The translations under genes were made by a program, and so were the position numbers. DNA of 64,000 nt from Candidatus Cloacimonadales bacterium (GTDB lineage: Bacteria > Cloacimonadota > Cloacimonadia > Cloacimonadales > JAFGVF01), in assembly GCA_963663475.2 (NCBI GenBank), contig CAXXJV010000001.1, positions 640,001 through 704,000 on the forward strand, given 5' to 3'. The notes beneath the pieces are model-generated. The model was given only the letters and a program-made list of their open reading frames with translations. It was not told the DNA's origin and searched no databases. How positions within the stretch are numbered: position 1 is the stretch's first letter; every line of letters starts with the position of its first letter. Of this stretch, positions 1-10,350 are shown piece after piece.

Positions 1-290
1 AGCTTGAATCTTGGGGTTTTTATTTTATCCAGTCGATAAACTCAATATGGGCGAATAAAATAAGCCCTACACATGATGTAATGTAGATTAAGCCTAGCTT
101 AGCCCTCTATCATGACACTATTAGTCCTAAAGCTAATAAATAACAAATAGAGGCCCAATAGACGGTAAAGGAACTTTCTTCTTATGGCTGGGGCATCTTG
201 CCGTCAGAATAAACAGGCTTTTGAAAGCATAATTTGACAAAAATCAAATAAATAATATATTGTAATAAATAATAAAATTAGAGGATTCTT

Positions 291-1586
291 ATGAAGATAT
301 TACTAGTGATAGCTATAATTTTAACAAGTTTTGCTTGTTTAAATGCAGAAGTTGAAGATGATTTTGTTGAAGCAATTACTAATGGGAGATACCAAGAAGC
401 AGAGTCTTATTATAGCCCTGAGTTAGCCAATGCACTCCAGAAGGGTAAGTTAGAATTTGTCTGGCAGGGAATTTTAAGAAACACAGGAGATTTTGAAGTT
501 GTGGTTGAATCTAAAAGGGAAAATAGGGAAGACTTCTATTCAGTAGTTACCACCCTCAAGTTTGAGAATGTCTATATGGATATGGTTTTAACAATAAACA
601 AAGATAATCAGGTATCTGGTTTATTCTTCAGGCCTTCGGAATACACAGGTGATTTAGAACAAAAACCTCCTTATGTAGATGAGAGTAAAATCATAGAAGA
701 AGATGTAGAATTTGATTGTAAGGGTTTTAAAATGTATGGTACTTTAACAGTTCCCAAGAATCAAAGAGCTTTTCCAATAGTAATAATGGCCACAGGTTCT
801 GGTCCAAATGACAGAGATGAGAAAATTGGTGCTAACAAACCTTTTAAAAACATTGCCCAAGGCTTAGGAGCATTAGGTGTTGCTACTTTACGTTATGACA
901 AGCGAACCTTAACCCATGGGGCTGAGATAGCTAAACTGCCTGAGTTTAATATTGATAATGAATATACCGAAGAAGTTGCTGCAGCCATAGACTATTTATC
1001 CACAAAATATACTGGCCGTAATATTTATTATTTAGGACATAGCATGGGAGCTTTTATGGCCCCTAGGGTTATGAATAAGAATTCTGAGTTGAGAGGGGCT
1101 GTCATGTTAGCTGCAAATGCAAGGCCATTAGAGGATTTAGTTTTGGAGCAAACAGAGTATATCATGGTAGAAACTGGTGATGTAAATGCCATGCGACTTG
1201 CCTTAATCGAAAAAGCAGTTGCAGAAGTAAAGAAGATTAACAATCTTGAGGTTGAGGTTGAAGAGCCTCTACTTTTAGATGTTTCTAAAGAATATTGGTT
1301 ATCCTTAAACCAGTATGATCCTTTAAAGGAAGCTAAAAACATTAAAGGCCAAGTATTAATAGTCCAAGGTCAACGAGATTATCAAGTTACAATGACAGAT
1401 TTCAATATCTGGCGAGATAAATTTGCTAATAATAAGAGCTGGCACTTTAAATCATATGAAGATTTAAATCATCTTTTCATGTCTGGCCAAGGCAAGTCAT
1501 TACCTAAAGAGTACATGAAACCTGCCTATGTGGCAGAAGAGGTAATTACAGATATAGCTAGATTTATAAATAATTTAGAAAAATAA
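291..1586 (+). CDS. Secreted alpha/beta hydrolase with N-terminal DUF3887-like domain
   Basis: Signal peptide; GSGPNDRD, RYDKR, nucleophile motif GHSMG, QGQRDYQV and LNHLF give a Ser-Asp-His triad pattern. Confidence 0.85.
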   Translation: MKILLVIAIILTSFACLNAEVEDDFVEAITNGRYQEAESYYSPELANALQKGKLEFVWQGILRNTGDFEVVVESKRENREDFYSVVTTLKFENVYMDMVLTINKDNQVSGLFFRPSEYTGDLEQKPPYVDESKIIEEDVEFDCKGFKMYGTLTVPKNQRAFPIVIMATGSGPNDRDEKIGANKPFKNIAQGLGALGVATLRYDKRTLTHGAEIAKLPEFNIDNEYTEEVAAAIDYLSTKYTGRNIYYLGHSMGAFMAPRVMNKNSELRGAVMLAANARPLEDLVLEQTEYIMVETGDVNAMRLALIEKAVAEVKKINNLEVEVEEPLLLDVSKEYWLSLNQYDPLKEAKNIKGQVLIVQGQRDYQVTMTDFNIWRDKFANNKSWHFKSYEDLNHLFMSGQGKSLPKEYMKPAYVAEEVITDIARFINNLEK

Positions 1587-1685
1587 AAAGAATTATCAGA
1601 CCTTTTTTATTTAGCTAAAAAAAAGCTTGCTACTTTTTACCCATAAATTTTTGTGGCATAGTAGAGTAACTCAAAAGGAGATATC

Positions 1686-2087
1686 ATGACTGATAAACAA
1701 CAAATTGAAGAAACAGTAGAGGGACCATTAACTCTTACTTTAACCTTGGAAGATGGAAAAGAATTGAATTGCGAAGTTTTAGCAAGTATTGAACATAATG
1801 ATAAAGAATATATCGCAGTTCTTCCTGAAGATGAAGATGAGTTCTGGATTTATGAATATTCAGAAAACGAAGATGGTACTCTTAATATCAACAACATAGA
1901 AGATGATGAAATTTTTGATGAAGTTGGAAGAGCTTTTGAAGAAATGTTTGACGCAGAAGAAGAAGTTGATGCTATGTTAGAAAATGACGATGAAGAGCAA
2001 GAACATGAATGCAACTGCAATTGTGATGATGACGATTGTGACTGCGATGATGATGATTGCGATTGTGATTGTCAGGATAAAAAATAG
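1686..2087 (+). CDS. Acidic DUF1292-like protein with Cys/Asp-rich tail
   Basis: LTLEDG..CEVL...KEYIAVLP...IEDDEIFDEV pattern; AGGAG RBS; C-terminal CNCNCDDDDCDCDDDDCDCDC. Confidence 0.7.
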   Translation: MTDKQQIEETVEGPLTLTLTLEDGKELNCEVLASIEHNDKEYIAVLPEDEDEFWIYEYSENEDGTLNINNIEDDEIFDEVGRAFEEMFDAEEEVDAMLENDDEEQEHECNCNCDDDDCDCDDDDCDCDCQDKK

Positions 2088-2102
2088 ATTTTAACTTTTA
2101 TT

Positions 2103-2130
2103 AAAACAGGGAGCAATCCCTGTTTTTTTT
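2103..2130 (+). terminator. Rho-independent terminator
   Basis: AAAACAGGGA-GCAA-TCCCTGTTTTTTTT hairpin plus T tract after the stop codon. Confidence 0.85.
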
Positions 2131-2229
2131 AATTTTTTCCCTTTGTAGCTTTTTGTAGGTATAAGTTAGTCAACACTATAAATCCATATTACCCTAACAC
2201 ACTATTATTCCAAGAATGAAGGAGACCTT

Positions 2230-3951
2230 TTGATAAAAAGATTTATAGCCTTTTATAAACCACATAAACTTTTGTTCTATATTGATATTATTGCTGCAAT
2301 TCTTGCATCTCTTCTCAGTATTATTTTTCCTACTATAACTAGAAAACTAATCCGAGAAACAATTCCTGACAAGGATATAAGACTGATAATCATCTTTTTT
2401 ACTATTCTCTTGTTCATTTTCATTGCTAAAGCAATTCTTAGCTATATTAGGGTTAAATGGGGACATATTTTAGGTGTTAGAATAGAAGCTGATATGAGGT
2501 CTAAACTTTTTAGACACTTGCAGAAACTCTCCTTTACCTACTATGATAATACCAAGACTGGCCATATCATGTCTAGAATTACCAATGATCTTAACACTAT
2601 AGCAGAAGTTGCTCACCATGCACCAGAAGATCTTATAATCTCTCTTTTTACCATTATCGGATCTTTCATCTTTATGTTTAAATTTAATACCACCTTAGCA
2701 TTTTTTGCCCTTATCCCTCTTCCTTTTATGGTAATCTGGGGATTAACTCTCGGAAGAAGAATGAAGCATGGTTTCAGAAATGTAAGAAAGAAAATAGCAG
2801 ATATGAACTCATCAGTAGAGAATTCTGTTCAGGGTATCAGAGAAGTCAAATCTTACGCCAATGAAGATGTTGAAATTGCTAAGTTCGGTGATGTAAATAT
2901 TCATTTTAAAAAAGCCAAAGAAAATATGTATGCACTTATGTCTCTTTTCCATACAGGAATGGGTTTTATAACTGATTTATATTATGGAATTGTTTTAGCA
3001 GCTGCTACTTGGTTAATTTTGAACAACAGACTTGAAGTAGCTGATTTAATAGCCTTTATTCTCTATATTAACTTTATATTAAACCCGATCAATCGCTTAA
3101 TTAACTTCGTAGAACAGTACCAACAAGGAACGACAGCCTTTGAAAGATTCACGGAGATAATGGATATTGAACCTGATATTAATGATATTGCAAATCCTGT
3201 AAAACTGAAAAATGTCTCAGGTAAGATTGAGCTAAGAAATCTTGATTTTAAGTATCATGGGAGCTCAGACATGATTCTCTCCAACATAAACCTAGATATT
3301 AAGCCTGGTCAAACTGTTGCGCTTGTAGGGGAATCTGGAGCTGGTAAATCAACCTTAGTTTCTCTAATCCCTCGTTTTTATGAACCTAGCAAGGGAGATA
3401 TCCTCATTGATGGGACAAAGGTTAAGGATTTAGAACAAAGATTTTTAAGAGATAATATTGGGATAGTTCAGCAAAATGTCTTTCTCTTTGATACATCTAT
3501 CAGAGAAAACATTCTTTATGGTAATCCCCAAGCCAGCGATCAAGAAGTCATTGAAGCAGCAAGATCAGCTAATATTCTTGATTTTATCCTTTCTCTACCT
3601 GATGGCTTTGAAACCTTAGTTGGGGAGAGGGGAGTAAAACTTTCTGGAGGCCAAAAACAAAGAGTCTCTATTGCCAGGGTCTTTTTAAAAGATCCTCCAA
3701 TCTTAATCTTTGATGAAGCTACATCTTCACTAGATACTGAATCAGAACTATATATCCAAGAAGCCTTAAATCAGCTAAGTGTGGGAAGAACAACCATTAT
3801 TATAGCTCATAGACTCTCCACCGTTGCTAATGCAGATTACACATATGTTATGCGCAAAGGTGAGATTGTTGAATCTGGACAACATCATGACCTACTAGCC
3901 CAAAAAGGTTATTACTATAATCTTTGTTCAAGAATGAATGTTTTTGATTAA
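2230..3951 (+). CDS. ABC exporter, fused permease/ATP-binding subunit
   Basis: N-terminal TM helices; Walker A GESGAGKS, signature LSGGQ, Walker B ILIFDEATS, IAHRLST. Confidence 0.95.
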   Translation: MIKRFIAFYKPHKLLFYIDIIAAILASLLSIIFPTITRKLIRETIPDKDIRLIIIFFTILLFIFIAKAILSYIRVKWGHILGVRIEADMRSKLFRHLQKLSFTYYDNTKTGHIMSRITNDLNTIAEVAHHAPEDLIISLFTIIGSFIFMFKFNTTLAFFALIPLPFMVIWGLTLGRRMKHGFRNVRKKIADMNSSVENSVQGIREVKSYANEDVEIAKFGDVNIHFKKAKENMYALMSLFHTGMGFITDLYYGIVLAAATWLILNNRLEVADLIAFILYINFILNPINRLINFVEQYQQGTTAFERFTEIMDIEPDINDIANPVKLKNVSGKIELRNLDFKYHGSSDMILSNINLDIKPGQTVALVGESGAGKSTLVSLIPRFYEPSKGDILIDGTKVKDLEQRFLRDNIGIVQQNVFLFDTSIRENILYGNPQASDQEVIEAARSANILDFILSLPDGFETLVGERGVKLSGGQKQRVSIARVFLKDPPILIFDEATSSLDTESELYIQEALNQLSVGRTTIIIAHRLSTVANADYTYVMRKGEIVESGQHHDLLAQKGYYYNLCSRMNVFD

Positions 3952-3971
3952 GTATTTTTAAGGTAAATTGT

Positions 3972-4832
3972 ATGAATAAATTAAAAGATAAAGATCAGGC
4001 TATCATCTGGATGCTTGTTTCAGCCCTAGCTTTTGCCCTAATGGGGGCTATGGTCAAACTAGCCTCTCAAGTAACAGTTGTGGAAAAAGTCTTTTTCAGA
4101 AACTTAATCACCTTCCTGCTTATGCTGATAATTATCATCAAAGAAAAAGAGAACCCTTTCCGACAAGCTGGGGCTACTAAATTTCTGATTTTCCGTTCTT
4201 TAGCTGGATTAGCAGGAGTTATTCTTTACTTCTATGCTATCTCAAATATGCCTTTAGCAGATTCTACAATGCTGAACAAACTCTCACCCTTCTTTGTTAT
4301 CCTCTTTGCTGGTATCTTCCTCAAAGAAGGCTTTAACTTGAGAAAAGTTATTGTGATCATTCTTGCCTTCTTAGGAGCACTATTGATTATAAAACCTCAG
4401 TTTGATATGACTATTTTTCCTGCTATAGCTGGTCTATTATCAGCTGTTTTTGCTGGACTAGCCTATACACTTGTTAGATTTCTCAAAGGCAAGGCATCAT
4501 CCTCAATAATAGTCTTCTATTTCTCAACTATCTCTGTTATTGCTAGCCTTCCCATGGTCGTAACTAATTTTACTCTACCTACTTATACCAACCTACTTTT
4601 ACTCATAAGTATAGGTATTTTTGCCGGTATTGGGCAAATCACCCTAACCAAGGCCTATCATTTAGCAGCAGCTTCTGAAATTTCTATCTACAACTATGCT
4701 TCCATACTTTTTGCCACTATTTTAGGCTTATTTATCGGTGATTCCTTGCCCGATACCTTGTCTATCATAGGAGGTCTTATCATTTTCTTCACAGCCTTCT
4801 ATAACTATAAATTGCTGAAGAAAAAAAGTTAA
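3972..4832 (+). CDS. DMT/EamA family transporter
   Basis: About 10 hydrophobic helices in two repeats; FFRN and LSPFFV...LKE motifs. Confidence 0.9.
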   Translation: MNKLKDKDQAIIWMLVSALAFALMGAMVKLASQVTVVEKVFFRNLITFLLMLIIIIKEKENPFRQAGATKFLIFRSLAGLAGVILYFYAISNMPLADSTMLNKLSPFFVILFAGIFLKEGFNLRKVIVIILAFLGALLIIKPQFDMTIFPAIAGLLSAVFAGLAYTLVRFLKGKASSSIIVFYFSTISVIASLPMVVTNFTLPTYTNLLLLISIGIFAGIGQITLTKAYHLAAASEISIYNYASILFATILGLFIGDSLPDTLSIIGGLIIFFTAFYNYKLLKKKS

Positions 4833-4905
4833 GATAATATTGGAATATAACTTGCATCTAACTCATTAAAATGAATTAAATTATAATTAACATAAAGAGG
4901 ATTTT

Positions 4906-7257
4906 ATGAAAAAAAGCTTACTTTTATTACTTTTAGCAACTACGAGTCTGCTCTTTAGTCAAGGAAGTCTCCCTGATTGCTACCCAACTAACCAAGAAAT
5001 AACCGACCAAATTTTGCAATATCAAGAAGACTATCCTGATATTTGTCAAGTTACTGTTGCCGGCTACTCCCAAGAAGATAATTTACCTATTTATTTAGTT
5101 AAATTATCTGAAAATGTCCAAGAATTCCAAGCTGAAAAACCTGTTATTTTATTCAGTTCACTTATCCATGCTGAAGAAGTTTTAGGCATCCCTATTACCC
5201 TTAAAACTATTGATGAAATTCTTACTCATAATAGTTCATCTCCTTACTCAAACTGGCTACAACAGTTACAAATATATTTTATTCCAACCTTAAATCCAGA
5301 AGGCTACCAAGTAGTTTCTGATGGTATCGATACTTCTTACCGTAAAAATAAACGCGATAATAATGAAAATGGCATCTTTGATTTTAACGCTGTTGTTGGC
5401 CATGATATAGATGGTGTTGATCCTAACCGTAACTTCCCGCTAAATTGGGTACACGGTGATACCTTATACTCAACATCAGGACTTGAAGTTTATGACTACT
5501 ATCGTGGTCCTGCCCCTCTTTCAGAATCTGAAGTAAACATTATTTGGGATTTTGTAGAAGAATATAAACCAGTTTATTCTATTCAATGGCACTCATCCAG
5601 AACAGGTAACTTATCGGAAAAAGTCTACTATCCTTGGAACTGGTACAATCTTAGACCATCTCCAGACCTAGATATGTCTGAGCAATTAGGTCTAGGCGTT
5701 GCTGCGAATATGCTTAAAGAAAACCAAGCTAATACTTATGAATGCTATCCAGGAACTGGCCGAAAAGGCTCCCAAGACCATTCCTTATACCAGGCTTTTG
5801 GAACCCTTCAAATCCTTGTTGAATGTGGAACCCTTAATCTTCAACCAGAAGAAGATGGTATGAACTTCGTTGCCCAACAAGGTTATAATGCTTCTGCCTG
5901 GATGCTTAATAGAGCCCTTCCTAATAGCATAGAAACAGCTTCAAACTCTATGCTAACTGGTGTGATTACGGATGCTGTCTCAGGTCAACCCCTAGAAGCT
6001 GAAATCGAAATTGCTGGCCGAAATCAAAGATACCTAGCACCAAGATTATCCTTAGCTGAAAGTGGAAGATACTTCCGCCCTCTTGTTAATGGACAATACA
6101 CTCTTATTGTAAAAAAAGAAGGCTATTATACTCACACCCAAAACATTACTGTCTATAACGTTAGAACTACTAAAAATGTTGAACTAACACCGCTACCTCT
6201 CCCTAACTCAGCTCTATCTCTTAATATTGATGGCTTCTGGGGTCCAGGAAAAGTTAAAATCGAATACCTTGATATTGCAGATCATATAGTAGAAATCGAT
6301 GATTTCACTCCTAATTCTCCCCAAGTTATCGACCTTATTTCAGGACAAGTTATGCTTACCTTCGAAAGCCCTGACCGCTACTTTACTGATGAGTTCACCA
6401 TCCCTAATGGTCCTTATGCTATCAATATCGACCTTACTAACTTCCAAGATTTATTTACTGATTACTTTGATAATTTAGATAATTGGACTGGTACTGATAA
6501 CTGGGATATCACTTCTTATACTAATTCTGAAGGATTAACTCAATCATTCATGTCTGATTCTAAACACTGGAACTTTAATTTTGAATCAGGATATGATAAT
6601 AACTTCTATGAACATAACTGTGATTATCACCTTACAACTAATCAACCAATCATTATCAATCCTGACCGTATTAATTATATAGAATTAGAACACTGGCTCT
6701 ATACTGAATGGGATTATGACTGGGCGACTGTCTATATTAGCTCTGATGGTGTAAATTGGATAGATACACCTGTTTGGACTGAATCTGGCCAGTTTGACTA
6801 CCTCCATAAAGATTGGATTAAAATACCTGATGATTTCACATCTAATCAGCTATATATCACCCTATCTCTAACTGATGACGGGGCTGAACAAAGATTAGTT
6901 GACCCAGGTTGGAATATTAACAAAATCTCTGTTAAATCTTTCTCCCCTCAAGTAACTTCGAATGAAAATGACGTGGTCCAAACTTCAAATTCTCTCTTAG
7001 GTAAAAACTACCCTAATCCATTTAATCCTCAAACTTCAATTAGCTTTAGCTTAGATAAAAATTTAAACCATAATGCTAAAATTGAAATTTATAATTTAAG
7101 GGGACAAAAAGTGAAACAAATCCCTCTCCATGAAAATGATATTAAGGCTGGAAAAGTTACTTGGAATGCTGAAGAACAAGCTTCTGGTGTTTACCTATAT
7201 CGCTTGACTTCTGATGGTATTGTGATTGATACTAAAAAAGCAACATTGCTAAAATAA
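4906..7257 (+). CDS. M14 zinc carboxypeptidase with regulatory-like domain and C-terminal FlgD-Ig/T9SS-like sorting domain
   Basis: HAEE zinc motif, NPEG, RKN, GVDPNRNF, WHS; C-terminus NYPNPFNP...SGVYLYRL. Confidence 0.9.
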   Translation: MKKSLLLLLLATTSLLFSQGSLPDCYPTNQEITDQILQYQEDYPDICQVTVAGYSQEDNLPIYLVKLSENVQEFQAEKPVILFSSLIHAEEVLGIPITLKTIDEILTHNSSSPYSNWLQQLQIYFIPTLNPEGYQVVSDGIDTSYRKNKRDNNENGIFDFNAVVGHDIDGVDPNRNFPLNWVHGDTLYSTSGLEVYDYYRGPAPLSESEVNIIWDFVEEYKPVYSIQWHSSRTGNLSEKVYYPWNWYNLRPSPDLDMSEQLGLGVAANMLKENQANTYECYPGTGRKGSQDHSLYQAFGTLQILVECGTLNLQPEEDGMNFVAQQGYNASAWMLNRALPNSIETASNSMLTGVITDAVSGQPLEAEIEIAGRNQRYLAPRLSLAESGRYFRPLVNGQYTLIVKKEGYYTHTQNITVYNVRTTKNVELTPLPLPNSALSLNIDGFWGPGKVKIEYLDIADHIVEIDDFTPNSPQVIDLISGQVMLTFESPDRYFTDEFTIPNGPYAINIDLTNFQDLFTDYFDNLDNWTGTDNWDITSYTNSEGLTQSFMSDSKHWNFNFESGYDNNFYEHNCDYHLTTNQPIIINPDRINYIELEHWLYTEWDYDWATVYISSDGVNWIDTPVWTESGQFDYLHKDWIKIPDDFTSNQLYITLSLTDDGAEQRLVDPGWNINKISVKSFSPQVTSNENDVVQTSNSLLGKNYPNPFNPQTSISFSLDKNLNHNAKIEIYNLRGQKVKQIPLHENDIKAGKVTWNAEEQASGVYLYRLTSDGIVIDTKKATLLK

Positions 7258-7300
7258 ATTTGCCTATTATATATACAGGATCTAACAAACCCTGCTATTT

Positions 7301-7465
7301 AACCCAGATAGTGTAGTAGAGCTTTAGTGAAGAGTGCAGATTATTCTAGCAAAATAGCTTACAGAATTTTGACGCATATATTTTATATATTCGGAGAAAT
7401 TATGGAAGCTACTTTTGCAGAAGAATATAGTGCTATTCACAAAGGTCTACTGCATTATTGGGTTT
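7301..7465. repeat. ~165-bp MITE-like element, copy 1 (copy 2 at ~45510-45673)
   Basis: Near-identical to 45510-45673 (GTAGAGCTTT.GTGAAGAGTGCAGATTATTCTAGC...CTACTGCATTATT); imperfectly self-complementary ends. Confidence 0.75.
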
Positions 7466-7512
7466 AACTTAAATAATGCAGTAGATTCTTGAGAATAGTA
7501 GTATTTTATTTG

Positions 7513-8481
7513 GCTCAAGTTCAAGTCTGGTGGGTATAATATAGGAAAATGAGAATATTTCATAACTAAATTGATTTATCAAAAATCCCTGACTTGAACT
7601 TGAGCATGTTTTTTGTTGGAGACCGGAGTTCCTCAGCCGTAGGCAAGGGACTTCGGGTGAAGAGTGTCGGAAGTCATCTTCCTAACACTGGGAACGCCAG
7701 CATCCCTGCTGGCATTTTCTCTTCTGCCAGACATCCAAACTGCAAATCCTTACTTTGCTAAAGCTCTACCCGCCTTTGGGTCGCGGGATTCCAGCCCGCG
7801 TTTACTCTGGTGGCAAGTGGTTACGAATCCTAGTCTGCCCAGCAAAACTAGAGCGTCAGCATCCCTGCTGGCATTTTCTCTTCTGCTAGACTGAAAAAAG
7901 ACTTACTCACTCTCTCTTCTGAGCAAGATAATTTCTATTATATCTAATAATAAAAGACTCAAGTTCAAGTCTGGTGGGAATAATATAGGAAAATGAGAAT
8001 ATTTCATAACTATATTGATTTATCAAAAATCCCTGAAAGGGATAAAATAATTTAGCCCAGGGTAAGATGCTGAAAGTATAGCAACCCTGGGTAATGATGG
8101 CTAGCCCAAAGATATTACCCTGTAAGGGTTTAATAAAAGAATAAATAATGTATTATATAATAAATCTATGGTATATATGATGTTATTTAACCCTTTCGGG
8201 GTTCAGTACCCGGGCTTGCATTCCCTTCAGGAATTTACCCCGGGCTAAACTATTTATCCTCTTATGGGGATTTAAGACCTATCCCTGACTTGAGTCTGCT
8301 TTTTGTTGGAGACCGGAGTTCCTCAGCCGTAGGCAAGGGACTTCGGGTGAAGAGTGTCGGAAGTCGCTACTCCGTGAGCAACTCCCGTCACTCTTCATAT
8401 AATCTTACTTGTAACTTTCTATTATTCAAGCAATATACTATAATGAAAGTCTCTTATTTACCAGCAGACTTGAACAAGAGC
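7513..8481. repeat. Mosaic of MITE/REP-like modules
   Basis: 15-bp perfect TIR GCTCAAGTTCAAGTC/GACTTGAACTTGAGC (7513-7605); nested CCCTGAAAGGG-type palindromes (~8030-8270); ~60-bp direct repeat at ~7616-7676 and ~8305-8365. Confidence 0.75.
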
Positions 8482-8529
8482 CTTTTATTTCACAAAAATT
8501 ACTGAGGAAAAACTACATTTTCCTCTATT

Positions 8530-8608
8530 CATCCCTAATCCTTCCTTTACAGTCTTTCGATGAAAGTCCCAGTTTCATCGAAAGACTGTAAAGGAAGGAT
8601 TAAGGATG
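8530..8608. repeat. Long hairpin element, copy 1 (others at 29814-29894 and 54398-54478)
   Basis: CCTTCCTTTACAGTCTTTCGATGAAA-7 nt loop-TTTCATCGAAAGACTGTAAAGGAAGG. Confidence 0.9.
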
Positions 8609-8654
8609 GAAAGGGTATTAGTGTTAAACCCAAATGGTGCAATAGATCTTTGTG

Positions 8655-8771
8655 GATGCAAGGATGCATCCACTCCATAAAAGGTCTGCAAGGATGCAGC
8701 CACTCCATAAAAGGTCTGCAAGGATGCATCCACTTCACAAAGGGCCAGCAAGGATGCTAGCGTTCCCAGTT
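8655..8771. repeat. 30-bp tandem repeat (about 3 units) ending in the GCGTTCCCAGTT module
   Basis: GCAAGGATGCA(T/G)CCACTCCATAAAAGGTCT repeated. Confidence 0.85.
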
Positions 8772-9510
8772 ATTCAAAAGATAGCTTTTTTAGGTATTTT
8801 TCAGCTTCAATTAAATCTTCAGGGGTATCAATTCCAATAGCTCTATAATTTGTTTTAACCATCTTAATCTTGTAGCCATTCTCTAGAAATCTAAGTTGTT
8901 CTAATTTTTCAATCTTTTCTAGTTGCCCTTGGGGAAGTCTGACAAAATCAAGAAGAGCTTGTTTTCTATAAGCATAGACTCCAACATGTTTAAAATAAGA
9001 TACAGGCTCAATTTTATCTCTGTTGTAGGGAATAGGAGAGCGAGAGAAATAGAGGGCATGAAGGTTTTTAGCACAGACAACTTTAACATTGTTAGGGTTG
9101 TTAATTTCTTTTTCATTGGTCAGTGGGTGCATGAGAGAGGCTAGGCTAACAGATTTATCTGCAAAAGCCTGAATTAGTTCTCTGAGTGGTTGAAGCTGGA
9201 TAAAAGGTTCATCACCTTGCACATTAATAATTAAGTCATAGTCTAAGTTTTTAACCACTTCAGCAATTCTATCAGTACCTGAGGGATGGTCAGGGGAGGT
9301 AAGAAGGCATTTAGCAGCAAATTCTTCAACTCTATTCTTAATCATTTCATTATCTGTTGCTATAATAATAGGCAAGTTTAGTCCTAAAACTGCTTCATAG
9401 ACATGTTGAATTATAGGTTTTTGTCCTAGGGTGACTAGGGGTTTGCCAGGGAAGCGAGAAGAAGCAAATCTTGCAGGAATGACAATCAGAGTTTTTAAGT
9501 TAGTATCCAT
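8770..9510 (-). CDS. kdsB: 3-deoxy-manno-octulosonate cytidylyltransferase
   Basis: IPARFASSRFPGKPL, SGTDR, NVQGDEP, LYFSR.PIP, EKLEQLR, GIDTPED. Confidence 0.97.
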   Translation of the reverse strand: MDTNLKTLIVIPARFASSRFPGKPLVTLGQKPIIQHVYEAVLGLNLPIIIATDNEMIKNRVEEFAAKCLLTSPDHPSGTDRIAEVVKNLDYDLIINVQGDEPFIQLQPLRELIQAFADKSVSLASLMHPLTNEKEINNPNNVKVVCAKNLHALYFSRSPIPYNRDKIEPVSYFKHVGVYAYRKQALLDFVRLPQGQLEKIEKLEQLRFLENGYKIKMVKTNYRAIGIDTPEDLIEAEKYLKKLSFE

Positions 9511-9512
9511 AA

Positions 9513-10346
9513 CTAGTTCTTTACCTCTATGTTAGTTATTTGGTATTTAGCTTGCCATTTTAGTTCTACAAAGGCATCAAAAACCCAAGCATTCTGGCTT
9601 TTTCTGACTAGTAGAGAATTACGGGTATTTTTAATATTTTCGATAATAAGGGAGGCATCAATTTCGACAAACTTCTCTTGAAATTTATCACTAGAAATAA
9701 GAGAGCCTTTTACTTGAGGTTTTATACCAGCTATCAGGTTATATACAGCATCATTATAAGCTTCATTATAGGCAGTAATCATATTATCAGCAGTATAAGT
9801 TCCACAACTAATTAGCCAGTCATCTTTAGAGCTAATTCTGTTTTCAGTGAACCAGACAGGAACTTGATTGATGGTCTGTCTCAGAGTATCTAATACTACT
9901 TTTTGAGAAGAATTACCGATTAAACCAATTGTCATACCTAAAGTTTGGTAGCTATTAAAAATATCGCAACTAGTAAAATAGTTCTTAAGAGCTGGAATAT
10001 CGCTAGCAACTTGAAGTTTGAAGTCTGTAAGAATTGGAGTTTTAGTTATTTCATTTTCTTTCATTTTTAGTTTGGCTATCACAATAGAAGACTTCTTTCT
10101 TTGGGCTAGAATTGATCCTTTCTCTTTTATCTTGTCTTGAGTAACTTGAGGATCATAAGAGTAAGTAGCAGCAATTCCGACTGAGAAATCACCAGCTGGC
10201 ATGTTTAAAAACCAGTTAGGTAATTCTAATTCTTGAATTTCAATACTATTTACATCTTCTAAGAGAGATAATTCGTTTCCTGTTTTTAGATTATTAGAAC
10301 AGGAAAGCAGAACTAAAATAAAAAACAAGATGAATAACTTCTTCAT
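9513..10346 (-). CDS. Putative lipoprotein (LPP20-like PxWF repeats)
   Basis: Lipobox LLSC; two P-x-W-F motifs; packed in the operon. Confidence 0.6.
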   Translation of the reverse strand: MKKLFILFFILVLLSCSNNLKTGNELSLLEDVNSIEIQELELPNWFLNMPAGDFSVGIAATYSYDPQVTQDKIKEKGSILAQRKKSSIVIAKLKMKENEITKTPILTDFKLQVASDIPALKNYFTSCDIFNSYQTLGMTIGLIGNSSQKVVLDTLRQTINQVPVWFTENRISSKDDWLISCGTYTADNMITAYNEAYNDAVYNLIAGIKPQVKGSLISSDKFQEKFVEIDASLIIENIKNTRNSLLVRKSQNAWVFDAFVELKWQAKYQITNIEVKN

Positions 10347-10350
10347 AGGC

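Noticed and set aside
1028-1342. Antisense/shadow ORFs (also 8919, 8923, 15467, 20419, 23214, 23797, 24165, 24758, 27902, 35957, 39025, 39068, 39593, 43122, 44728, 49661, 51150, 52451, 59115)
   Set aside because: Overlap well-supported genes and show no recognisable motifs
7664-8840. ORFs 7664, 8290, 8547, 8560, 8652
   Set aside because: Lie wholly within palindromic or tandem repeats; open in several frames because of the 30-bp period
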